A stretch of 64,000 bases of DNA, taken from NCBI GenBank assembly GCA_021613535.1, contig CP075496.1, positions 15,066,001 to 15,130,000 on the forward strand. The letters are read 5' to 3'. The stretch's first letter is position 1; each line of letters opens with the position of its first letter. Shown here piece by piece: positions 28,778-41,904 of the stretch. The stretch comes from Adineta vaga. Taxonomy: Eukaryota > Animalia > Rotifera. The position numbers and the translations under genes are program-made. The notes beneath the pieces are model-generated. The model was given only the letters and a program-made list of their open reading frames with translations. It was not told the DNA's origin and made no database searches.

Positions 28778-31347
28778 ATGTCGAGCATTTTTAATATATA
28801 TTCTAAAAGAGTGCGGCAACAAAAACAAATCAGAAAAACAAAGAAGATCATGCACCACGACACTGCTCATAGGAACCTCGATAGTGATTCAGATTCGACG
28901 ATTGATCAAAAGGATGATATTCATTATCAAGTATTCAACGAAAAGTCACCGACAACAGTGAACATATCTGAAGAAGAAGATTTTGCCCAAGGAGATTATA
29001 TATCAGATGAAGATGAAGATACCAACGCAGATGATAGTGATCCAAGCCAATTAGACGATACACCACCACTATATTCAAAGTCGACTACAAAAACTCGTGA
29101 AGCTGTTCGACGATTAATGACATTTTTTACAAAGTCAAATTTTGACAAACGAAAGATAATCAGAATAATGTGTTTAATAAAATCTATCTTACCTACACCA
29201 AATAATCTTCCAACAACATTTAAACAAATTCTAAAAATATTCGGTAAAACTCCATCATTCATAACGAAATTTTATTGCAATATTTGTTTAACGTTAACAA
29301 CAAAAAAACGTGAACAACATTATTGTAGCAATTCACTTTGTAAACTATTTTGTACACAATTATCGAGACGACAATTAACTGAAGTTGTAACAATGAACAT
29401 AAGAGAAAAATTACAATCAGTCGTTCAACGAAATTTTTCTTTATTTCTCGAACATAAAGAACTTTTTCCAGCTTTCGATATCTCAAGCGGTTCTCGATAT
29501 CAATCAATAACAAAAGATATTCTTCATCCAATTACATTAAATATACATACAGACGGTGCACCGATGGTTCGATCAACGAAGTCCTCATTGTGGCCGTGTT
29601 TTGGTTCAATTGTGGAATTGCCACCACCAGTACGCGAATATCAATCGAATATTTTAATATTGGGATTGTGGGTATCATGTATCAAACCTGATGTTAACCT
29701 TTTTCTGGAAGACATCATCGAGCAATTAACAGAATTATCAGAAAATGGTACAAGTATTTTTGTTAATGAATATGAGTTTAAAATCCACGTCACAGCACAG
29801 ATGTTCGTATCGGACTTGCCGGCAAAATCTTTATTTTTAAAAACAATTCACTTTAATGGATATTACGCCTGTACCAATTGTATTACGGAAGGTAATTGTT
29901 TTTGTTTGTTCTTTTTTTCGCCTTAATATTAAATAATATGCGTTTTGCTTTACTTTCCATTATTTTTTCTTTGTATAGGTACTGTGTATACGAAGCAAGT
30001 GTTTTATCCTTATGAAAAAAACAGTTATGAATCAAGAACACATGAACAATTTTTAGCAACAGCAAACGAAGTCGAAATTAACTTAACACGTGGTCACGGT
30101 CGTTTTAAACCAATTCATGGTATCAAAGGTTTATCATTATTACTGAAAATTTTGCGTTATCCTGTTGATGTTGTTTACGATTATATGCACCTGGTGTGCT
30201 TGAATCATGGACCATCATTGATTAAGCATTTCATCGAAATTTTATCCAATGAACATCTCAGTAAAATTGATTCAATTTTATCATCCATTCATTTGCCACA
30301 TGATGTTAATGTCAAATATAATTATTCAATATTATCAATTAATGATTGGAAAGCAAAAAATAATCGGTTATTTATATTGAATTTAGGTCTACCTATACTT
30401 GCACAATTTTTACCAACTTTATATGTATCTCATTTTGCCATTTATTGTATGTTTGTCACAATTGTTCATTGTCCAACATCAATAGACGAAATTCAATTAG
30501 CTGAAAAATTAATTCATTATTATTGCAAAACAGCGCCGCAAGTATATGACAAAAAGATTGAATTGTATTCCTTACATGCTCATTTGCATCTACCAGCACA
30601 AGTACTTCGTAAGTAAGAACATTCATTTCCAACTTGCCCTGATGTTTTTAAATGTTCCGAATGTAAGAACTATCACATATTGTTTTTTTGTTTGTTTGAG
30701 ATCATGGTGCACTCGCTTTTACATCCGCTTTCTGTTTCGAATCAGCAATTTATCATATTAAAAACATGTCTCATGGAACAAGAGATCTTGCATCGCAAAT
30801 TGCTTACTCTTACGATATACAATCAATTATACTACTGGAAAAGTTAGAGGTATCAATGCCATCACTGGTAAACGAAATACAATTTGATAATGAACTGATG
30901 ATGGCTTATCGTGATATATTAAGAAAAAGGTTAATTGATTTACGACAAAATATTAGTGATACAAAATTATATCTACGTTTTAAAAACAATTTTCAAACAT
31001 ATCATTCATTACTGTATGCTAAACGATTTACGTGCAATAGTTATTTAGTGTCGTACAAAGACAATCTTCAGCATATTCAGTATGGTAATATTATTCTTTT
31101 TTATGTTCTCAACAAAGTATATTATTTATTAATACAACAATATCATCGAGCTGATGTTAAAATTTCTAATTATCTTGAAATACCTGATGAATTAAAACAG
31201 ACAGTCGATACAATTTATCCTGTTTGCTTCTTAAGTGATAGTTATGCTATTATTCCTGTTCGTAGTATTGCAAAGAAATGTGTGTCGATACCTTTTCAAC
31301 AATATCAATGTATCAGTGAAATACGTGTAAACTCTGAGCATGATTGA
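28778..31347 (+). CDS. CACTA/EnSpm transposase (Transposase_21-like), exons 28778-29891, 29979-30608, 30701-31347, ~796 aa
   Basis: HTDGAP, SLWP, ELPP, DLPAKS, FNGYYACTNC, DYMHLVC, HAHLHL, SAFCFES; both introns splice in frame. Confidence 0.88.
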
Positions 31348-31551
31348 ATATCATTTCTACTTCTATATAATTGTCAATATACGAACATCAGCGTTCTTGT
31401 CCGTATAATGAGCCGTATTATAATTAGTTTTGTCTTTGTTATTAAAACTGAATGATTTCTTTTCTATTAAAATTCGTGCTGGGTATATACAAAAAGGTTC
31501 TCTTCTGTTACTAATTACTGTTTACGAGTTGTACTTCTCTTTATGCTCTAG

Positions 31552-33562
31552 ATGACTTCGAAAACAGATAATAATCAACGATCAGGTCAAACACAACGTC
31601 TCTTGAAAGAAAACAAAACTTATTCGTGTATCGTTTATCTTAATGAACCATGTAAATATAGCATTATTGATATAAAACGATTGACAGATATCGATAAACG
31701 TGGTCATTGTGTTATCAAAGAACTTGGCAGATCATATAATGTTCATGTAGAACAAACAGGTAGCTTCATATTTGTCACACTAATACAAATTATATTATAT
31801 TTCTATTCATATTATAGGTACTCAGGAATCTATGGAAAGATATGGTTATTTGTTAGAGAAAGCAATGCAATATCAGATGCACGAAAAGATCCCATCTGAT
31901 AGTGAGAAATGGCTAGAAAAACAACAGAAATCAAATGACACAAAATCTTCAGCAACATCAGTAATACCGACTACAAAATCTTCAGCAAAATCAACAAAAA
32001 CAACTGCAAAATCATCAAACAAACAACAAGAACATAGTAAACATTTGCTATTATTAGAAGAATGCAATTTTTGGTTTTATAGACCATCATTCGACACCAA
32101 AGGATTTTTCACTTAAAAAGGTTGCGTTTGGTTTGTATTTTATCACAAAAATTGGTCCAGTACCTACTGTAACTTTTTCTGTTAATAGGTGAAACACCAT
32201 CCTCATCATTCTCTTCTCAATCTGATTCACATAGTAGTACCCGACGCTCAGGCAAATTTAGTCAAGGTTACGAATATGTTTTTCTTTAGTAAAGTATTTA
32301 CTTTCTTGTATTTTTAGAGCAGGAAATCGGTCGTGATTCTTCATGTTCGAATGATGACGATGAAGAAGATGCCGATCCTAAACTAATAACGAATATTGAT
32401 GAAGATGATTTGCTGCAGAATGAACCAATGAAGTTGACACCATTGCCATCACGTACAACATCGAAAAAACGTCCTTCAAATTCACAAATACAAACACCAG
32501 TTGCAAAACGTTTACGTTTTACAACTGATGATGAGAACCAACAAGATGATGATGAACAGCTGGATTTGCAGCAATTGTTAAATTACTTGAAACAAGTTCA
32601 TGCTAATGTAGCAAAGTTGCAAAAGCAACAAGAGCTTTTAAGAATCACCGTAGAGCGACAAAGCAAATCTTTAAACTTGTTGTACATCAATCAAAAAAAA
32701 ATAGCGAAAAGTTTAACTCGTCGTAAAGTAAGGGTGTGGGTGTGGGTGTATTTTTTAACATTAAATAATGTTTCACTCTAGATTCCAGTTGTGCTAGAAG
32801 ATGAGGATGAAAGCACAGTTACTACGCAACAAGACTCAGCTGATCTTTCATCGGTAAGTGTTTGATCTTAAAGTCATAAAATGAAGTTTACTCGCTAAAT
32901 AAAAATCTTTTTCTTTACACATTTTTCCGATTTTAGTCGTACACTAGACGTGATGGTATTGTTGTTGAGCTACTGAGAATACCTGGTACAAAAGAAAATT
33001 CAGTTAAATATGCTTTAAAAGCAATTGATTGCTTATTTATTGATAAAGAAGATTTACAGAAAGTTAATGTACGAAAACTCGATGAGGATCCAAGAATTCA
33101 AGCAATATATAGTGCGTGGCTTTTGATAATATAAAAGAATATGTTTTTCACCCCTTTTTATGTTCTTTTCTATATTATAGATGCAATTAAAATAAAATTC
33201 CGATTCTCTTTTGAAGAAATGTCGTCTATTTGGCCTCCCGTTCATGATTCCATTCTGAGCAAACGACGTAATCAAAAACGAATATTATTAACGAAAAAAG
33301 TGTTAAGTAGGACAAGATTAAAATCTTATTCTTTTTTAATTTGGATGACTTCCTTTTCATTATTTTTCTAGATGAATCTAATGGAAATTATTCGTTGTCG
33401 ACTTCTATTAATAGCAACAGTGAACAAGCAGATGATAATAGCACCGATTTACCAGGTGAAGAAATTTGTGAACAAACAAATGACATGATCGATGAAATTC
33501 CAGATAATTAATATAATAAACAACCAGATGATATTGACGAGGAAAGCGAGCAATATAATTGA
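31552..33562 (+). CDS. CACTA accessory (TnpA-like) gene, multi-exon, coiled coil + possible BEN-like C-terminal domain
   Basis: Chain of short exons with GT-AG introns, NLS (PVAKRLR), coiled coil (LQQLL...LYINQKKI), DAIK...W..VHDSILSKRRN. Confidence 0.6.
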
Positions 33563-34021
33563 ATTATAAATTAACTTATGTTGTTCATTTCTCGACTTAA
33601 ACTCTTGTTGTTCGCTCATTCATTATTCATTATTTAGAAATTATCTGTATACTTTTATAAGCTCTTCTATGTTTTTATGTTTATTTCAGTCCCTTTTATT
33701 TGGTTTTTATTGTATGTCAGAAAGAATAATCGTTCTACAAGGAAGAAACATGTTTTTCGAGTGCTCAAAATGGCTTCTGCGAATTTACAATAGTTGAGAA
33801 CTAACAAAAATATATTAAAAACTGAGGAAAGTAGCTTGAATAAGTTACTCGGAATAATAAGCGAAAAATCGCATATGGATCGCGATTTGTGCAAAAATCG
33901 CCAAAAAAATCGAGAAAAATCGTTATTTTGGGCGATTTTACACGCGATAGATCTCACAAGCTATCGGCATGGTATATCGCGGTAAATCGTCGATTTTGAG
34001 GCGATTCGGGTGACATGGGAG

Positions 34022-34913
34022 GCAATCTGAGAATTTTGACGACGAGCAAAGTGGTTCAGAAATAGAAAATGATGAAATTGATTTAGAAGATCTTAAATTA
34101 CCAGAAGATTCTACACGAAAAAGCTCATACACTTCCGAGTCCTCGATGATCTGGCCGTCAATTTCGTCTACTTCAACAAAAATAAAATCTTTCAGTGATA
34201 ATATCGAGAAATTTGGACCAACCAAGCTCACTGAAAATATTCTACCTGTCAAAGACGCATTTATTTGTCTTATGTCGGAAAAATCCTACATTAAATTTTG
34301 ATTTATTCAAATATCGAATATGATCGAAACACTGAATTAGGCGAAAAAGAAGAAATAACAATGATAGAATTGAAAGCTTCTATTGGACTATTATTGCTTG
34401 CTGGTTTATTAGGAAGATCAAAGGGAGATTTACCATCCTTATGGAGAACAAGTCCTTTGCAATCTCCAATATTCAAAGCTCCTATTTCAGAAAACTGTTG
34501 TGACAAAATTATTTCTTGTCTAAGATTTGATGATAAAAATATACAAGGGAAGAGAAAAGCAAGCAGATAAATTTGCAGCAATTGGTGAAATTTGATCAGA
34601 TTTTCAAGATAAATTAAAAACATGTTATACGCCGGGACTTGATCTTACCGTCGATAAACAATTACTAGGATTTCGGAGAAAATGTTCATTTCATCAATTT
34701 ATTCCTAAGAAAGCTGACAAATATAGATTCAAATTCTGGCTATGTGCTAAGGCAGAGTCGCGTTATGTGTTGAATAGATTTCCTTACATTGGACGGCAGC
34801 CAGGTCAAGAAAAACAAACACACATAGGTGAAAGTGTAGTTTTAGAATTGCTCAAGCCATTTTATGGTTCAAACAGAAATGTTACAATGGATAATTTCTT
34901 TGCGAGTGTACCA
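34022..34913 (+). pseudogene. piggyBac transposase pseudogene, 5' part
   Basis: ELKASIGLLLLAG, CLRFDD, LTVDKQLLGFRRKC, FIPKKADKY, GSNRNVTMDNFFASVPL; stops and frameshifts. Confidence 0.85.
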
Positions 34914-35176
34914 TTGTGTGCATGATCTGTCCTTTGTTTATTTATATGCAAGTTCGAATAGAATAAACAACCGACTAGTACATAGACACGAAAGAGAATG
35001 AATACGGAAAAGTAAAGACAGAACGAAAGAAATAGATAGATATGATCTTAGTGTATGTATACACAGATCGCAACAACGTTGTCTTTACTTAACACAGGAG
35101 AAAATCGGATAGTTTAATTGGTAGGATAGCCGATCTCCCTTAGCAAAAAAGACGAAATCATGATCACGGTAGCTAT

Positions 35177-35206
35177 ACTCACCCACACCCTTACACACAC
35201 TCTCAA
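35177..35206. repeat. Right arm of telomere-repeat cassette
   Basis: ACTCACCCACACCCTTACACACACTCTCAA. Confidence 0.5.
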
Positions 35207-35904
35207 TGGTTTATATCTAAACTTACGAGATATGAAGAAGTTAGTTTTGAGAATATCGAAGTTTTTCATATTTGTACAAGAATTTGATGTTTACATATGT
35301 TAACCTTGGTTCATATGCTGCTTCGTATAAACAGTGGGATAAATATCAAAGAATTCGAGTATAGTAATTTCGCGAATATGAAGTTTTAACAAAACTATTA
35401 AAAATAACGTAGCCACAAGATTTACAATTAGATTTTTGTATTTCGAGATTAATTTATTTTATTGTTTTACTTTTTCTCCTCCGTTATACATTGTACTTAA
35501 GTATAACAATGTTATGCGAACAAGAAAATAAAACGAGATATTATTTTGAATATAACCATGTTTTTCATTGTGATTAAATCCCGACGCAACTGCGTAAAAA
35601 GACGCGCATTTTTATCTACTTGTTTTGATGATTGGATATAAAACAGAGAAAAACTTGCTTTATGGTAATAAATTGATTGACGGCTTAAATATTTACCTAT
35701 TGATGTACAGAGAGGAATATTCTTCGAGTATTAGTGAATGCTTCTTTATCATTATGTTTCGATCCATCGCACTCAAGTATAAATATATGTAAATATACGT
35801 GTGTTCACATTATTTGAAATAAATACGATTACGGTAAGTAAGAAAAGAAGAATATATTCATTATCAATGAATAAATATTTTATTTTTCATATGTAGATTT
35901 TATT

Positions 35905-36637
35905 ATGATGCAAATAACTGTATTTTTATTCATATTTATCTTATCTTTATCAATAAAATGTACAACAAGTGCTTATCATGATGATGAAGAAAGATCATAT
36001 GCCTTAAGAGATCTATTCATGGATCTTTTAGAAGAAAAACGATATAATTCTGATGATAGTGATGAATTATTCAATAAAAGAGGTATAAATTAATTTTAAA
36101 TAAGAAAAGTATTTTATTTATTTTTTGAAAAGCTGCTGATACTGGTTGTCAAGATACATGTAATTGGTATAATGGTTACAAACGTGCTAATAACGGGAAA
36201 GGTTGGACTTGTTTTGAATATACAACGGTTGGTCCAGATCGAAGCGGTGCACCATGGTGTAAAGATGGAGCTGTTACAAAAGGTTCTGAATGGACATTAG
36301 GTGCTAAATATAATTATCCAGAAAAAAATTGTTGCGCCTGTGGAAAAGGTAAATTAAATTTATTCTTTTTCTCTATTCAAAAAGTTTCAAATCAATATAT
36401 CTGTTGTTTTCTTTTCTAGGTAAATGTCAAGATACACCTAATTGGTATAATGGTTACAAACATGCTAATAATGGAAAAGGTTGGACTTGTTCAGAGTATG
36501 CAACGGTTGGTCCAGATAGAAGCGGTGCACCATGGTGTAAAGATGGAGCTGTTACAAAAGGTTCTGAATGGACATTAGGTGCTAAATATAATTATCCAGA
36601 AAAAAATTGTTGTGTTTGTGGAAAACCATCAAATTAA
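35905..36637 (+). CDS. Secreted prepropeptide with two tandem Cys-rich domains (exons 35905-36082, 36133-36348, 36420-36637)
   Basis: Signal peptide, acidic pro-region with KR sites, two near-identical CQDT.NW...WC...NCC.CGK exons spliced in phase 1. Confidence 0.82.
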
Positions 36638-36959
36638 TATTCAAATTTGATTTTTTTTTTCGTTCTTTTACTTATTCTATTTTAGTTTGATTTTTATTTT
36701 CATTCATTCAATTATTTCATTAACACATCTTTTTTAACAAAAATCATTATACTAAATATGAAAGTAGTTTGTTTTTGTTAGGTAGAAATAAAATAACAAT
36801 TTAATATTTATATAATTTTGTTACTAACAATCCATTTATTCCCTTTTCTGAAAGAACGGATTATAGGCGCGCTAAAAAACGTTAAAGTTTGTTTGTCCAA
36901 GCCAATCAGGTGAAAGCAGCTTATAAATCGATGAAAACCTACCCCGAGTCATCAGACAA

Positions 36960-37425
36960 TGATTCATCAGAGGTAATCGAGGTCGAGGAATACAAATCCG
37001 CTGTTACTTCCTCAAAAATATTTTTCTCTTAATTATTATTAATTAATTATTATTTCTTAGTTCTCTAATCCAATCAGATTGCAGCAATACAAAAACCCAT
37101 GAAAGCTAACCGATGATCATCATGTAAGGATTGACCAAAGGATAATTGAGGTCGCGAATTTCGAATCTGATGTTAGCTTTTAGAAAGTATAATTAGTTAA
37201 TTAACTAATTAGCTAATTATCAATTATTATGCTATCATACAAGGATTGACCGAAGGGCTATCAGGGTCGAGGAGCACGAATCCGGTGTTTGTTTTTTAAA
37301 ACTTTTGTCGGATCAATTTTTTTAAACAGAGGATCATTTTTCCACAAAAAGACATTTTAAGAAATAATGAATTCTAATGTTTCGTATAAAGTTCGACAAA
37401 AAGGTAATCGAGATCGAGAAACTGG
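36960..37425 (+). repeat. Four spaced copies of a ~28-bp motif GGTAATCGAGGTCGAGGAxxxCGAATC (TE-like subterminal repeats)
   Basis: Copies near 36970, 37140, 37255 and 37402. Confidence 0.5.
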
Positions 37426-37518
37426 ACCCTTTATAGTAATACAAAGTCAGTGCCTTTTGAAGAGAAGACCAAAGGAAATTCACTTATTTGTTTTAGAAAT
37501 AAATCAAAAGTAGACGAA

Positions 37519-37971
37519 CACTGAAAAAAATTTTCGTAGAATAATAAACCCTCAAAAAGGGTTTATAACGGAAAAACCAGTTTATCAGCGTGATCTACCC
37601 CTTGATCAACCCTTTTTTCTTGAAAAACCCTCAAAGAGTTTATTATCAGTTGCAAACTGATAAACCCAAGGGTTGATCCTCACTTGATAAACACTTTTTC
37701 CATACATCAATTTAATCAACCCCAAAATGATGATTTCGTTGAAGACAATAATATACTCTGTGTCTAAGGGTTGATTAAATTGATGTATGGAAAAAGTGTT
37801 TATCAAGTGAGGATCAACCCTTGGGTTTATCAGTTTGCAACTGATAATAAACTCTTTGAGGGTTTTTCAAGAAAAAAGGGTTGATCAAGGGGTAGATCAC
37901 GCTGATAAACTGGTTTTTCCGTTATAAACCCTTTTTGAGGGTTTATTATTCTACGAAAATTTTTTTCAGTG
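37519..37971. mobile_element. CACTG-ended MITE (CACTA family): 204-bp TIRs, 45-bp spacer, AA target-site duplication
   Basis: Arms 37519-37722 and 37768-37971 are reverse complements with no mismatch seen; flanked by AA on both sides. Confidence 0.92.
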
Positions 37972-38618
37972 AAACATTGAAGGTGTTCATGTTAATGGCT
38001 ACCCGTGAGTGGCCGACCGACTAGACGTTGATTTAGAGAGTGATACTGCAGAATATGGATTTGAATGACTTTCACGTGCTTTGGACGTTTCTTCGGAGGC
38101 ACTTAATTGATGATCTACAAGAACGAATCCGACAAAATTCTTTTTCCTTAAAAGAAGAAAAGGAGAATAAAACCTACACTGGAAACAACGCGATCATGGA
38201 AATTTTTTAAATCTTCAGTTGTATATTGATCTACTATGATGAGCGAATCTCTCACATCACACTCATATAATTGAAAGAAAAATAGAAAATAGACCATGTG
38301 CGTTAGCGACTAGACGTTTGTTTAAGAGCGTTATAGAAAGGAAAATAAATACGGATAATGCATTTTTTAGAAGTATCAAGCGATCAGATCCATAGATATT
38401 CAAAAACAATACTTGTTTTTGCTTTTCTCTTTGAATAAATGATTTAAAGATAGTTTGAAATGGTGAAAAAATGAAAAGCACTTTAAAAAGCTTTTATGTA
38501 AAAAGTTTGCTTGTATTGGGATTCGGCTAAGTCCAGATCCAGCTTGAGGGCGTTACTTGTCTTATTATGCGATAGTCAACCAGTCGTTCAAAAGAACAGT
38601 TCATTAACATTAATATTC

Positions 38619-39674
38619 TCAACATAGACAGGAAATTTGTTTTCGAAACATTTTACTTGTTAATGTGAATACAAAGAATGTTGCAGTATGACCTATTGCC
38701 GAGGTTGTTCCAAAGATCAACGTAAAAAGCGAATCTTTTTTCATCTGAAGTCTGTCTTTTCTCTGATTTATTGATAGTGAACTATATAACTGAAAGCCAG
38801 CATATATGAGAGTCGTTAAACCAACAAATAAACATTGAACTAAAGCCATACGAAGCAAATGATTATCTCGATTTGATATTTTAATTTGATTTGCTGTTGT
38901 TATGGCTGGTATTTTATGTCGATTACGAACATGACGAATTGTGAGTATAGAAAAATGAAGCATAAGTAAAGGTGGACCTAAGCCATAAAATACTAAATGC
39001 CAAATACCAAGAAGTTTTCCATAAAGAACAGAATTACTGGTGCAAGATTGATTTGAATTAATCTTGTAAAAAATCAATACATGAGAATATCCTATACTAA
39101 CCAAAAAGAATATTATCGGAATTGCACGAGAAGCCATTCGAAAACTGCTCAATCTTCGAATTTTGGATATTGATGAACTATGTAAAAATCTAGTTATAAT
39201 TATTACAGAACTGATCAGTTGCTTTGTTAGCAGAAAAAACCTACATACCGATCAACACATGCTAGAACAAGATACCAGGATATTATTGCTCTAAATATAA
39301 CTTATAAATTTATCTTGAAATTAGTAAAATTCTCACCTCATCGTATAGGTAAAATAGAATTTCATTTTGCAGATTGAAATTGACGATGATGTTGGATCAA
39401 TATTGTATCCATACTGTAGAGTTCGAAGTGGGAAATTAATTAGAGTAAAAACAAGTGCAGCTGTCGATGATGATAAGAAGTACATACAGCATGGATGTCG
39501 CCTTAAGCATGGCCGTGTAAATACGTAAATATTTAATGTATTATTAATCAAGGCGAAGAATGTAATCACAGGAAATAGCCAACGAGCTAAGAACACCATA
39601 ATTTCATTGATTCTCTGAATCTCTGCTTGAATAACATCTGAATGATTGGTATTTGATACTGTAATTTCAATCAT
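38619..39674 (-). CDS. Rhodopsin-like GPCR (3 exons)
   Basis: LRRHPCCMYFL, ICKMK, micro-exon ...LACVDR|F, SKMFRK; GT-AG introns. Confidence 0.82.
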
Positions 39675-40161
39675 ATTCTAAACGAAAGTTTTAAGAAAAA
39701 TAATATTTTCATTTTTCTAATTACAAACTAAATTATCGCTGGAAGATGGAAACGATATTTTAGATATTATATTTACAACACATGAAATGCAGACATAGAT
39801 GTTATCATTGTTGATGGTTTTAGTAAAAATATATATTCCATAATAATCTTATCTTCATGTCAAATGTCAAAATTAACATGATTAAATATTTTTTGATCAT
39901 ATTCCAATGTAATAATCTTGTATTATATTTATTTGAAAGTGGAAATGTATATATAAGGAAAAAATGAAACAAGAACGACGTAGAGAGATGTGCATTAGTA
40001 ATAAAAATATCGAAGAAAAACAAAGTGATCTATCATATGATAATAGATCAAACTTGTTGTCTCGTAACTCTTGCTTTTCAGCAATCAATTATTATTGTCG
40101 AGCAAGACGAACTAATTAATTTTTCAAAAAAATAAATAAAGAAAGAAATGCCCTGTGATTC

Positions 40162-40205
40162 GCCGACGCGTTTCGTATCTATAAGAAGATAGTACTCTTC
40201 AGGGC
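40162..40205 (-). ncRNA. Minimal type I hammerhead ribozyme (Penelope-like element type)
   Basis: Minus strand GCC-CUGAAGA-GUAC UAUCUUCUUAUAGA UAC-GAAAC-GC-GUC-GGC: full catalytic core, stem I GCC/GGC, palindromic minimal stem III. Confidence 0.85.
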
Positions 40206-40662
40206 TTGATGTTTTTTCTAAAAAAAGAAAAGAAATGAAAATTTTTATTTAAGATTTACTTCTAAGTTTTCGTAATGATTAGAATAATGTTAATAAATAT
40301 TCAGGATTAATATGCACACATGACGAACATTCAAGTCAGTGCACTTTTGAATTTGGAGGATCAAAGCTGAAAAATAAGCAAACTGAGAAAAATAAAGAAA
40401 AATAATTAGCGTTTGTTTAATTTATTATCGATTTGTAGCAACTGGACATATTCTGCTTCAAGAGGTAGTTGTGGAGGTGGTTTTTGAAACAACATTGGAT
40501 ATATATTATTCGGTGGATTCGTTGTACGATTTTGAGTAAATAATGGTGGTTGATTAATTGATTGCTGTCTTATAACTTGATATTTCTGATGTTGGTGAAG
40601 AATGCGTGCAATTAAAAAATCACATGGTTTTAATCTAACTTGACAGATACAATAATGTAATA

Positions 40663-41904
40663 TTAGGTTGTCAACAAAGTTTTGGCGTTTTTTTCAAAAA
40701 TTTTATTTTTCTTTTTTCACTTCAAAAGTACAACTAGTTTTCAGATATATATTTACCATTACTATCTACCACTTGTCGCCAACGTTCTGGCACAGAAATG
40801 ATCCCGCGCTCGTAGAAGTCCTGGGATTTTTCATCAAAGAACTTGACAAGCTCCGTTTTGACATCGCTTTCGTCTTTGAACTTTTTATCACGTAAATCAT
40901 TCGAAAGAGAACGAAACAAATGGTAGTCTGTTGGAGCCAAGTCAGGAGAATAAGGTGGATGAGGAACCGTAATCCAACCAACCTTCAATAATTTTTCACG
41001 GGTCAACTTTGCAATGTGTGGTCTTGCGTTATCATGTAAAAAATAAACTCGATCCTGCTTTCCTTTAAGTTTCTCTGCAACCCGATCCAATTGTTCACAG
41101 TACAGATCAGCAGTGATGGTGTAACCATTTCGTAGAATTTCCCGATGAATAACTTCTTTAATACTCCACCAGACACTCAGCATCAACTTCTTAGGATGTG
41201 GATCAGTCTTCGGTGTTGCTACGCCTGCTTGACCAGTGCTCAACCACTGACGTCTACGCGTGTAATTAACATACAACACCCACTTCTCATCGCTAGTAAT
41301 CGGATTGGATAACCATTGACAGTTGCGATGAGATGTGATTAAATCCATACATGTATCAACTCTCTGTTGCAGTTGATGTGACGATAATTCATGAGGTATC
41401 CATATTCCATATCTCCATGTCTTGCCTAATTCTTTCAGATGTTTTTCCACCGTAGTATGAGAACACCCAAGCTGCTCTGCTAAACACCGTAAAGTCGATC
41501 GAGGATCTTGTTCGATAAGCTGCTTTAGAAAATCCACATCCAGTTCCATTGGTCGACCGGATCGAGGTACATCGTCAAGTTCTAAATCCCCATTCTTGAA
41601 ATGATTGAACCAACGTTGCACGGCACGAGTGGAGGCTAGATCCTGACCCGTCGTACCGCATATGTTGTTGGCTGCTTGCGTTGCTTTGTGACCCAAACGA
41701 AATTCATGAAGTAAAAGCACCCGAATCTCTCAATGAGAAAGATTTATTTCTGATTCGACATCAACGTCCATATCGATGATTTTTTTATCATTCGAAAGAC
41801 GTTCATGTCCTATATATATACACTTAGTATGGAAACTTCTAGAACTTTCTAGGTTATTCTACAAGATTTTAGAAAAAAACGACAAAACTTTGTTGACAAC
41901 CCAA
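40663..41904 (-). mobile_element. mariner (D,D34D) transposon, full length, TA TSD
   Basis: TIRs TTAGGTTGTCAACAAAGTTTTGGCGTTTTTTTC / GAAAAAAACGACAAAACTTTGTTGACAACCCAA, flanked by TA. Confidence 0.95.
40734..41771 (-). pseudogene. mariner transposase with an early in-frame TGA (41732-41730)
   Basis: WIPHEL, TSDEKW, HDNARPH, YSPDLAPTDYHLF; ATG at 41771 is followed by MDVDVESEINLSH*. Confidence 0.88.

Larger units (their letters stand above)
28271..34021 (+). mobile_element. CACTA/EnSpm (CMC) DNA transposon with CCCA...TGGG ends, ~5.75 kb
   Basis: TIR CTCCCATGTC / GACATGGGAG; dense AATCG(CGAT) subterminal repeats at both ends; Tnp2-type transposase plus a second gene. Confidence 0.85.

Noticed and set aside
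37606-37806. 66-aa ORF in the palindrome
   Set aside because: It lies inside the non-coding MITE arms.
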